DNA of 64,000 bases, from contig JAHLWZ010000424.1 of assembly GCA_020536535.1 (NCBI GenBank), positions 73,340-137,339 on the forward strand, read 5' to 3'. The position numbers and the translations under genes are program-made. Below, in pieces: positions 1 to 12,193 of the stretch (position 1 is the first letter of the stretch; the number at the start of each line of letters is the position of its first letter). The notes below the pieces were generated by a model that saw only the letters and a list, made by a program, of their open reading frames with translations, was not told where the DNA came from and did no database searches. This stretch comes from Pelomyxa schiedti (lineage: Eukaryota; Protista; Evosea).

Positions 1-2553
1 CGAGCATCGACGACCTTGAGTCCGCTGCCGACTTCATACACAAGCACTGGGTTTGCATCTACTTCCTCCACTTCGGCAGCCAGCTCATAAACCAGCTGTG
101 ACATGCGGGATATAACCCAAGTCAGGGCTGCAATATCCCTGGGTGCTTCACCTCTTACTCCAGTCAGTATCTTGTAGCACCGGATTTCCTCCAGCATAGA
201 GGACACTTCGCTCTGGCTGACAGGTGCTATCCGGAATGTGACGTCCTTGAGTATCTCAACAAAGACGCCTCCCATGCCGAACATGATGGTTGGGCCAAAG
301 GTGGAGTCGTTGACTGAGCCGACAATCACCTCCATTCCCTTCTGTGCCATTTCGCACACAAGCACGCCGTGGATTTCCGCGTCGGCTTTGTAGACTTTAG
401 CGTTGTTGATAATTGTAGTGAAGGCTCCCCTGACGGCCTCAGCGTCTCGTAAGTTCACTTTTACACCACCAGCATCTGATTTGTGAAGAATCTGTAAATG
501 TGGTAAGCCATTTGGAATCACAAGGGGAATTTCCGAACCTGAGGAGATACAATCTTTAGTACGACTGGGTATCCAATCTCTTGTGCCAAAGCAACTGCCT
601 CTTCTTCACTCTTTGCCAGCCTTATCTTCGGTACAGGTAGCCCGTAGGCGGTAAAGATACCGTGAGCCTCGATTTCCGTCATAGCTTTTCTACCTGCCGC
701 CCGAACTGATTCAATGATCTCCATAGCACGCTGACGAGCAGGAGCAGTGTCGTTGAAAGGGCAGGTAAATGGCTTCTCTGGATGGAGCCGACTTAATTCT
801 CTGTGCTTTCCGTGTTGTCTTAGAGCACCAAGAGCGTTCATTGTACTCTTAGGGTCGGTGTATACTGGGATCGACCTTTCGGCAAGGTAAAACGCACCTT
901 CCACACAGAGGTTCCCCCCAACGAAGCAACCGACTACAGGCTTGACTTTGCTCAAGGGATCTGCGGCATGCGCTTTGTTAACTCCCCGTTCAATAGCCTG
1001 AGCTATTTGGGTGGGATTGGTAACAGCAGTCTCACAGTAAAGTACAGCAACACCGTGAACCCAGGGGTGCTTTAATGCGATTTCAATACTATCCTCATAG
1101 CCCTTAGCACCAGAACCGCCTGTGATATCCACTGGATTCTTGGGTGATCCAAAACTCGGCATGCACTTGAACAGCTCGGCCTGTAAATAATTACTTTCTG
1201 TTTTCTCCTTTGGAAAAGGAATTTACCTGTAAATCATCAGGTGCACTCCGCAGAGGTATTCCAGCGAATTCAGCTGAATCAGTTGACAGGACACCGATGC
1301 CACCGCCGTTAGTGATCACAATAACGTTATCACCGAGCATTGGTGGCTGGAGAGAAAGAGCTTGCGCTACAACAAGGAGTTCCTCCAAGTCGTTAGCTTT
1401 CACAACTCTGGCCTGTCTCAAGTTAGAACAAGTTAGAAGAAAATCGGAGAGATAGTACTTGACGGAAGGCAGCATCATAAACTTTAGCACTTCCGGCAAG
1501 TGAGCCTGTGTGTGAAGCAGCCGCAGCGGCACCATGTGCACTTACACCCGATTTAAGTACAGCAATGGGTTTCTCACACTCGCGGGCTGCTTGGATGAAT
1601 GAGCGTCCATTATGTAACCCTTCCATATAGAGAGCAATGCAATGAGATGCGGGCTCAAGAGACAGGTGGCGAATGCAGTCTGAGAAGTTGACATCAGACA
1701 TGTTCCCCAGAGAGACCATGCAGCTGCACCCGAACTTCCTCAAATGAGTAGTTCCGATAAGAGCAATAATCAGTGCTCCACTCTGTGACACCATGGCTGT
1801 GCTGCCTGGCCACGGCAAAAACGGTGCAAACGAAGCATTCACTTGGCGGTTAGAGGCTGTTCTTTTTGCGTGAGGATCAGAGTCGCTCGGAAAAGGTCCC
1901 TTGGGCCCGTTAACGAGAACACCGACAACGTTAGGCCCAACAACACGGCCGCCAGAGGCTTTGGCTATTTGCACCAGTTCATCTTCTGCTGCTTTATTTC
2001 CTGTCTCAGAAAAGCCAGAAGTGATGACAATGTGGCACTTGACTTTCTTTGTTGCTGAATACTTGTTAGTTATGGCGTTAAATTGGCAAGATACAATATA
2101 CCGGCCTGTCTGGCACAGCTAACAACAGCTGCAGCAGGTACAGTGTAAACAGCAACATCTATTTGTTCCTCTGGAACTAGGCCGATGTTGGCGTACGCCT
2201 TGAGTCCAAGAACCTGAGGGGGGAAACCGTAAAAATCCAAAAAAAAACCACTAAAAGAGGTGCACACCTCAGGAGCATTGCTGTTGATGGGGTAGATCTT
2301 GCCCGAGAACGTATCCAGCAAGTTTTGTACCACGAGGTTTCCGATGGTGCCAGGCTTGGTCCCTGCACCAATCACAGCAATGTGTCGTGCTGAAAACAGT
2401 TCTTCCATTTGTTGACAGTGTTGGTACCTAACGTCCTGCGTGTTGTTGCCCAAATCTTTTTTTTTTCTTTTTGTGGTGCTCGTTTGCCGAAAACCCTTAA
2501 AAAGAACTAACGCAGGGCTTTTCTGTCAATTTCTTTTTGACCTTGTTGCACAT
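1..2553 (-). CDS. acdAB: ADP-forming acetyl-CoA synthetase (acetate--CoA ligase, fused alpha/beta); multi-exon, runs off the window at its 3' end
   Basis: CoA-binding domain (IAVIGAGTKPGTIGNLVVQNL, VVGPNVVG), ligase domain (SQSGAL, SLGNMSDV, AAASHTGSLAG, ITNGGGIGVLSTD, NPVDITG) and C-terminal ATP-grasp (GYPVVLKIVSPQILHKSDAGGV, FGPTIMFGMGGVFVEILKDV, DANPVLVY..VVDAR). The first exon (ATG 2553) is inferred from a gttagt..cag intron. Confidence 0.93.
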
Positions 2554-2749
2554 TTCTCGAAGTTTGAAATACGATGAACTTTGCATCAACTGATAGAACA
2601 TTCTTCATGGTCCCATCATCTATGATGTGTGTAGACTAGTGACGAGGTGTTTGAAGAAAAACAACTCATTTGCACTTTTATGGATAGGGAACAGTATTAT
2701 GGAAAGGAAGGCATCACCATACTACTCAACTGGCCTCAAGGAGAAGGAT

Positions 2750-4511
<1,762 letters not shown>

Positions 4512-4550
4512 CTGTCTTTGGTTTTGTGCGAAGTAGCAGAACCGACGATC

Positions 4551-4997
4551 AAAAGGGGAAACTCGCCCTTTGATCTTACCGTTTCATGTTTCCCAACAGC
4601 CCTGAGAACCAACTCCCACCGGTTGGGCCGAATCGTGCTAAACGCCCCAAGCACGATACTGAGCCCATTTGTCCCACACACCATCAGTCGAAACTGGCGT
4701 GCTTTGTGAACCTTCACGTTATGTCACAGTTGGTCAGGGATATCGTGACACTTGTGCGTCTTGTTATATCCCTCAAGAGCTGTGAGAGGGATCCTGGGGA
4801 GGATATCTACCAAGCCACAGTAGATGTTACGTCACCATCACCCCAGGGACCAGGAATAACAGAACCCCCTTAAGTCCACTATCGTACGTTCTTTAGCGAG
4901 TTCACAGTCTCAAGGTCTTTGTTGGTCAGTGGTATCTTGGGACAACTTGGGCACGAGACACACAAGGTGCAACTTCATGTTTGAATCACCTGCACCA
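4551..4997 (-). ncRNA. Candidate structured non-coding RNA (~450 nt), family unassigned; strand favoured by G-U pattern
   Basis: No credible ORF. Complementary pairs: 4663-4676/4938-4952, 4705-4711/4900-4906, 4736-4743/4766-4773, 4731-4735/4848-4852, 4793-4799/4841-4847, 4632-4639/4650-4657, 4677-4683/4695-4701 (UUCG-capped on minus), 4966-4971/4991-4996. Confidence 0.5.
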
Positions 4998-5406
4998 GTA
5001 AAAAGAGTATATGCGTAGCCTTGAAACAAAAAGAACCAATGCTTTCCCTTGTTGTTCAATTTCCTTCGTTCAATCTGTACCTTAGAAATAGACGTTTAGC
5101 TGTATCGAGATTAGCTTTGCAACTGTCTGGGATGACGTCGAAGATTAATAAAAGGAATTCTTAGAGTTGCACCCGAGGAGAAAAAAAATCGGAGATCTAC
5201 ACCGAAGTTTTTGAGCCCGGAACCGGTCCGTCCACCTTCGTTTTGATCGTCACCCTCCCTGCTTTTACCTTTGTCTTGTCGTTGGTTTCGTTGTCGTCGT
5301 TTTTTTTTTTTTTTTTTTTTGCGTTCGTGCGTTGTAGTTTGGTTTTTTTCCCCGCCCGTCGTTTTTCCGTTTCAACGCCAACCCCAAATTTATGGACACA
5401 CCAGAA

Positions 5407-6593
5407 ATGGCCACTCTCGCCCCTTCGTTGTTGTGGCAGCTTGTTCGCGCGAACAACAGTTTCATGGTTAAGCGCGATCGCACCATCTTCTCTGCTGAGA
5501 AGACCAACTTGATGAGAGTGCATAGCCCGTTGTACTCTGGTATTGCACAGAACGTTAACTTCTGCTTCGAGGTGTGCTTGTTCCTTTAGTATCTCATTCA
5601 TTGTAACGTGTGTTTGGTGTTTTAGAAAGTAGGCAAAGGTGGCAAGGTCAGGTGCACAGTCAAGAACCCCCGAATGTTGAACAAACCAGCCACTTGGCGC
5701 AAAACGTTTGTATTCATTTTTAACAAACCAAAACTTAGCTCTTTCATGGGCGCCCCTAATATTTTTTTTTCACCAGCATTGTATGCAAAAACTCTTCACG
5801 CAAGGGAAATCGCCAAGCGTTGGTCAAGGCAATCTCCGAACTGAGACCCGGCCTTACCTTCGCCGCGTACGTTCGCCATTCCAAGCTTGATGCATGCAAG
5901 AAACGCCCCGCCAAGTACCCCGCCCACCGCCCACGCCATCACATCGTCAAGAAGGTCAAGGCTGCCAAGAAGGTCAAGAAGGCCGAAGTAAAAGCCGAGG
6001 CCAAGCCAGCCACACCAACAGAAACAGGAGCACCAGCGGAAGACAAGAAGAAGAAAAAGGAGGAGAAGAAGGTTCACGGACCCAGAATCCTCAGAATGGG
6101 ACACAAGGCCCAGAAGAAGGCCGCCCAGCCCCAGCACAAGAGCTGCAAATGCAAGCACAAAGCAAAGAAGGTCAAGGCCCCTCAGAAGAAGAAGGCCAAA
6201 ATTGCGCCCGAAGTAACCGAGAAGGGGAAGGAGAAGAAGGTTGCTGAGAAGAAGCCCAAGACCCCACACACACCAAAGGAAGGATCCTCCAAAAAGACAC
6301 CCAAGCCCGCCGCTGAGAAGAAGCCCGCCGCTGAGAAGAAACCCGCAGAGAAGAAGCCAGCTGCTGAGAAGAAGGCCGCAAAGAAACCCGCAGAGAAGAA
6401 ACCAGCCCCAAAGAAGGCCGCCAAGAAGCCCGCCGAGAAAAAGGGCAAGAAGCCAGCTGCCGAGAAGAAACCAGCCGAGAAGAAACCAGCCGAGAAGCCC
6501 GCTGAGAAGCCCGCCGAGGTTCCAGCTGAGAAACCCGCTGAGAAGCCAGCTGAGAAACCAGCCGAGAAGCCAGCTGAGGAACAGAAGTCCTAG
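5407..6593 (+). CDS. RPL28: 60S ribosomal protein eL28 with long Lys/Ala/Pro/Glu-rich C-terminal extension (3 exons, ~353 aa)
   Basis: [36 protein letters not shown] is the eL28 N-terminus. Exons 5407-5571, 5626-5705 and 5777-6593 join in frame. Alternative ATG at 5392. Confidence 0.92.
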
Positions 6594-6788
6594 AGGCACT
6601 CCCTGTGCGTTTTATAAAGAACAACAAACAATCCTTTCCCAACACAACCCTCAGTGTTAGTATCGGTCGTTTTTTTTCCCAATATTTGTGCCTTCTCCCG
6701 TCCCCCAGTCCAATTTTTCCCATTCCACTTAAGGCTTAAGGAATGATGGACACCAAAAAAACTGATCAAACAGCAGAAAAGCAAAAAA

Positions 6789-8607
6789 ATGCAATCAACG
6801 AGGGCACTGCTGGACTCGTTGATGGGTGCGAACCGGAATGGCGACAGCAGGAGACGCAACATTCAGTCGTTCAGGGACTCAGATGTGTGCAAATACTACC
6901 TCTGTGGATTATGTCCACACATACTTTTTGTCAACACGGTTGATTTTTACTTTTTTTCTTTTTCTTTTTCTCTCCCCTCTCTCCACTCCTTCTGCTTCTA
7001 CGTGCCTTTCTCTTCGAACAGCCCAAAGCGATAGATACAGCACAACGGAATAATAGTCAATAATAAAGCCGGCTCGCCAACACTAATAAAATGACCGTTG
7101 TGCAACAAGACCGCATACTCTTCTCTACGCGCCCCTCAAACGACAACTGTCACTCTCATCTCATCATCCTGGTCGACCATTCGTTATGCACCCTCTCCTC
7201 TCCACCCCCTTTCTCGCACCCCTCCCATGTGTAGAAAGCAGACCTGGGTGAGTGCCCAAGAGAGCACTCTGATTCGCGCAAGGCGGAGTATGAGGAAGCT
7301 AGACTGACGAGAGATTTCGGTTATGAACTAGAACTGCAAAACTGTTTGCAAAAGCTTGTAGATGAAGTGCAACGAAAAATCAATAGAGCACAGAAGAGTA
7401 TTGAGGCGAGGCAAAAGGTATGTTATTTTTTGACATTGGCACTACCGTACCTCTTTGTCACCGCCTTGACTGCACAGGATGAAGAACACGAAAAAATCAC
7501 GAAAGAGGTAAGCGATCTACAGGCTCAAGCTGAGGCTTTAGGTAATCACAAAGTGGCATTCCACAGCTTCTGATACCCCACAGGTGCAGAAGGAAAAGTT
7601 GAAGACTCCCTTGCAGCCTTAGCTAAAGCAGAGGAACTCAAGAAGCAGGCAGCTCAAATTGTAGTCTCTATTTCCTCTCTCGATACCTAAAACTCTCAAG
7701 GACGCAACCCGGCAAAATCTTCGCGTTTGTGACATTTGTGGTGCCTATCTTAGTGTTATTGATAGTGACCGCGGCCTTGCTGATCACTTTGGTGGCAAAA
7801 TGCATCTTGGATATTTGCGTGTTGTAGAAAAACTTGCAGAACTAAAGGTATCCCAAACTGCACAAAAATTTGAGTTGATGAGGTCTAGGAACTAAATAAA
7901 AATGTGCAACCGGAATCCAAACCAGAAGAGGTTTTTGCTTTTTTATTTTCTTATTTTCTTGCTTTCTTGGTTTTTGCTTTCTTGAATGCTTTCTTTGTGA
8001 AGTTTTTCCCCCACTAATAGCACCACAGCCACCGGCATCAACCACTCACGTATCAACACCAAAACACTCCAGGTCGCCTTCTAGATCCCGATCCAGATCG
8101 TATGCAGTGCCCTTAACTAATTCTTCTCTTTCCTTACAAACACCTAAGGCCACTCCGAAGCTCTTCAGCTCGTCACACCAGAGAAAATGACCACGACAGA
8201 GACCGCGACCGCGACNNNNNNNNNNNNNNNNNNNNNNNNNNNNNNNNNNNNNNNNNNNNNNNNNNNNNNNNNNNNNNNNNNNNNNNNNNNNNNNNNNNNN
8301 NNNNNNNNNNNNNNNAGATCGTATGCAGTGCCCTTAACTAATTCTTCTCTTTCCTTACAAACACCTAAGGCCACTCCGAAGCTCTTCAGCTCGTCACACC
8401 AGAGAAAATGACCACGACAGAGACCGCGACCGCGACCGCGACAGAGAGAGGGACAGGGACAGGGACAGGGATAGAGATAGAGATAGAACAAGGGACCGGG
8501 ACAGAGACCGAGACCGAGATAGGGACAGAGACAGAGACAGAGAAAGAAGAGACAGAGACAGAGACAGAGATAGGGGGGAAAGGAGAGGGAGAAGTTCGCA
8601 CTATTGA
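6789..8607 (+). CDS. LUC7: U1 snRNP-associated LUC7 with C-terminal RS/RD-repeat domain; scaffold gap inside
   Basis: RALLDSLMG; ZnF1 VCKYYLCGLCPH..VNT|KADLGECPREH; ZnF2 VCDICGAYL..DHFGGKMHLGY; (RD)n tail ending in TGA at 8605-8607. Confidence 0.95.
8216..8315. other. Scaffold gap (100 N) flanked by a 121-bp exact duplication
   Basis: 8095-8215 is repeated at 8316-8436 on the other side of the N run. Confidence 0.95.
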
Positions 8608-8693
8608 TTTTTGGGTTGAAACAAAACTTTTTTTTTGATCAGAATACATGTTTGCTCTTCTACAATTTTCGGTTTTCGAAAGCCAAAACTCTA

Positions 8694-11600
8694 TCACCTG
8701 CGGGATTTTGTTTTGGAGGGTGAGGTTGACGTTGTGGTGGGTGTTGTTGTTGGGGTGGTTGTTTTTCTTCTGCGTTTTGAGGATGGAGGCGGAGCCCCCT
8801 TGTTTTGTGTTGTCTGCTGCAGAGGCATTGTTTTTGAGGGTATGCTTGGTGACGTGGATCTTCCCAGGGTTGAGGCGAGTCCCGGTGTTTGTGGAGATGG
8901 GGGTTGTAGGGTTAGTGGTGACATGGCTTTCATCATCAGCGCGGCAGCTTGTGCTGTGCTGGTGGTGGTGCTGGTGAAGGATGACGGGTTGATTGGAGAG
9001 TAGCTGCTGCTGGATTGGTTTGTGATTGTGGGTGGGGGGTTGTTGGGTTTGGCAAAGGTGTAAGGGGAGGTGTATTGCGGGTGAGTTTGTGGCGGTGGCA
9101 GTTGTTGGGTGGCCGTGGGGGTTTGGTGCGGAATGAAAGTGTGGTTTGGAAGTGCGGGGGGATACTGTTGGTTGGGTTGTGATGGTAGTTGCGCAAGGAG
9201 CTGCAGTACGTGGGTGTTGGTGCTGGTATTCAGCGGAGCAGAAAAAGGAAGTGAAGTGAGAGGGGTTCCTGGAACTGGCAAAGTACTTCGCTGAGGAAGT
9301 TGAGGAAGTGGTGGGGGTGGTAGAGGTGGTGGGGGCAATGGTGGCGGAAGTGTTTGTGTTACCTGAGGGAGATTGGCAATCTAATGGGGTTTACTTGTGG
9401 AATAATAACTTGGGGGAAAGACACCTGTTGCTTATTAGCAGCAGCAATCTTTTGTTGCTTCAGTGCTTGTGTGTCTTTCATGAGTTGCAGTAGAACTGCC
9501 TGAAGTTGGTCAACACTGACCTGCAGGGAGCTTATTGCAGTGTGAAAGTGAATTGCGGCGTCCGTGTCCTTGCCTTGATCTAAAAAAATTAAAATACCAA
9601 TGTGCGTTAAGAAGAGCCAAAAAAAAGTAACAGGTAAAATACCTGATCGGAGTTTTTGTGAGTCCAGAGTTTGCAGTAATTCAGGGCACTGTGGAGGCTG
9701 GCTGTACGAGGGAAGAGCTTCCATTGGTGTAGATAGTTTACGTGTATTATTAGGAGCCTGCTGGGTTGGAACTGGTATATTTGGGAGAGCAGAATATCCT
9801 GCGCTATTCGAAGTTACAAGTGGAGGCGCGACAGAGGATGCTGGGGATACTTCCGACTGTGGCTGTGAGTGACGGGGAGGAACTTGGGCTTGGTTTAAAA
9901 TGTTGGAATTACGCATAGATGCCAGAAGTGATTGAATCTGTTGCCCTTGCAACGCGGAGGCAGAACAAGAGGGTTGCGGTGGTTGAGTTTGCTTCTGCTG
10001 CCATGGTGTATTCCACGGGAGTTGAAGCTGTTGAAGGGGAATGCCAGCCCTCTGTAGGGCCTCCTGAAGAAAGGATTGTGGCAAAGGGGATGTGGGAGAA
10101 TGTAACAAGGGACCAGATGCCTGGAGCATGTTACCTGGGGGAAGCATTCCTGTCGATTGTGGGGCTGGAGATGGTGATGTAAAAGTACTCGATATATGAG
10201 GGAGAGACGAACTTGACTGAAATGATTGCATCTGCATGTCAATTGGCACTGGTGTGCCCAGATGGTTTGATTTAGAAGTTGTTGGTTGTGGAAGTTGTGA
10301 AATCGAGGAAAGTGGAGGGTTTGTGCTGTGTTGTGTAAGCTGCTCTGGTTGAGAAAACTGAGGTTGCATGGTTGGATTTTTTGGGAGAGAGCAGGGGCCT
10401 AATTGCTCCTCAGTATTACTTCCCTCTTTTTTTTCAATTTCGAAGTCTCTGAGATCTTGAACAATTCTACCCATTTTTTCGAAAACAGATTTCCCAATAT
10501 CTTGTGTTGATAGTTCCGACTGGAATAACTTACACAAGTCCTCCATCCCTTTGGCGGTGAGCAGAATCTGTGGTACACAGTTACCTCAGGGAATAAAATT
10601 GAAAACATACAAGCGGAGAGTTCTTCTCACATAATCCCATCGAAGAAAGTCTTACATAATCACATCGATTGACATCTGGGTCAATTACCACTCTTTCAAC
10701 AGAAGTGCAAAACTGTCTGAGTGGTGGAAGTGGAGCAAGACGTTGCTCGGGAGTCGAACATGCGGTGCATGACCCAGTATAGAGATCATGGAAGAATGTC
10801 TCTGTATAGTACACCAAGGTTCCCGAAGAAGTGTAGCACAAAATGCGGTTATACTCATGATCATTACATTTTACAGGTGAAATCTAACCAGTAACGCTTA
10901 AAAAAACTTATTTGGGAAGTGGCATTACGATTTCCCAGTCTCTTTCTGCATCATCTTCCATGAGATAAGAATGCTGTGGATGCCCAATGGTAGATGGTTG
11001 TGGAAGCGCGATATTGGGTAGCTTTGGAAGCTCGTTGGTGGAAGGAAGCTCGGTGGTGGATGGTTGTGATGTTTGTGGGGAACTTTGTGTTAAATTGGCT
11101 ACCTCCGTGAGGTGAAGATTTTGGGATTGTCCGACCTCATTTTTTACCTCGGGCAGGGGGTCATCCTGTGGTAGTGCACTGCAGACACTATCTCCATGTT
11201 CCGGAGATATAACACCGTTATTACTGTGTTCGATAGCAGTGTCCTTATCGCAAACGTCGGTAACGTTACAGTCTTCCCCTTTGTCGGAGTGGTGGTCGTC
11301 TGCTGCCCCTTCTCCCGCTTCTGCAACGCTCTCGTTGGAGCGTTGTGCGGTCTTATCTTCATTTCCACTTTGGGGTAAGTCTGCAGGTGAGACGGCCTCC
11401 TTGGTTGTGTTTGTACAGCTTTTGTCTTCTGTGGGCGAGGAGTGAGAATCGGTGTGTTTCGTGGCCCTAGTGTGCGGGACATGACGCCGAGTTGTCGCTG
11501 TCGGCGGCTCACCAATTTTTTCCGCGCCGCCACTTTCGTCGGGTGATGTTTTATGCTGGCTTGCTGTTGCCTCATTTTTCGGGGGAGGTTCGTTGTGAGT

Positions 11601-11852
11601 GACGTCGCTTTCACTTGCACAAAGATCGCCCTGCTCCGTTTGCGCCATTTCCGTTGTGGTTTTTTGATCGCATCTCTCGGGTTGCTCCTCTGATGCTGTT
11701 GTGCTTTGACTTGTATCCACACACGGTGCGGACTTGCCGCTATCCGAAGATCTAGATCTCTCCTCTTCCTCCGTTTTGTTCGCCGTCGTGGTACTATGTT
11801 CACTGCGCGTCGGTGCTTCGTTTATTTTTTTATTTTTTTTCGTTCGAACCAA
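8694..11852 (-). CDS. Large low-complexity (S/T/Q/P-rich) probable nuclear protein with a central Ski/Dac-like winged-helix-type segment; start uncertain (first in-frame ATG 11648)
   Basis: ORFs 10908-11852, 10581-10841, 9359-10546 and 8694-9338 are linked by GT-AG introns. It has a coiled-coil-like segment and a basic SSKRRRK motif near the C-terminus. Confidence 0.75.
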
Positions 11853-12193
11853 AAAAAACCAAACGCTTTATTGCGTTTGGTTCCGGCTAATCTAATTTTT
11901 CCTCATCTTGGTACACTATTGCCCTGCCGAACCAGGGGATTAGGTCGATTCTCAATATTTTCGGCTGTAGCAAACGGCGACACGAGAAAAACAAAAAGTG
12001 CAGGTGTTACAAAAGGGATTTTCCAGTTTAGTTTCATTTCATTGTGCTGGTGGCTGTGTTGTGTGACAGGAACTACTAATTGGGCATAGTGTGAGGCCTT
12101 GAATGAACAAGGTTTTTTACAGGCAAAATTCACTAGGTGCTCAGGCATTCAAAAGCCCACAAGGGGGTAGTACTGGCTTCTTGTAACCAGAGC

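Noticed and set aside
5796-6723. Long minus-strand hydrophobic ORFs (267 aa, 183 aa) opposite RPL28
   Set aside because: Antisense shadows of the repetitive Lys/Ala/Pro codons.
8095-8436. Apparent tandem duplication of a LUC7 intron/exon around an N run
   Set aside because: An exact 121-bp overlap on both sides of a 100-N gap is a typical scaffolding artefact at a repeat (the RD codons).
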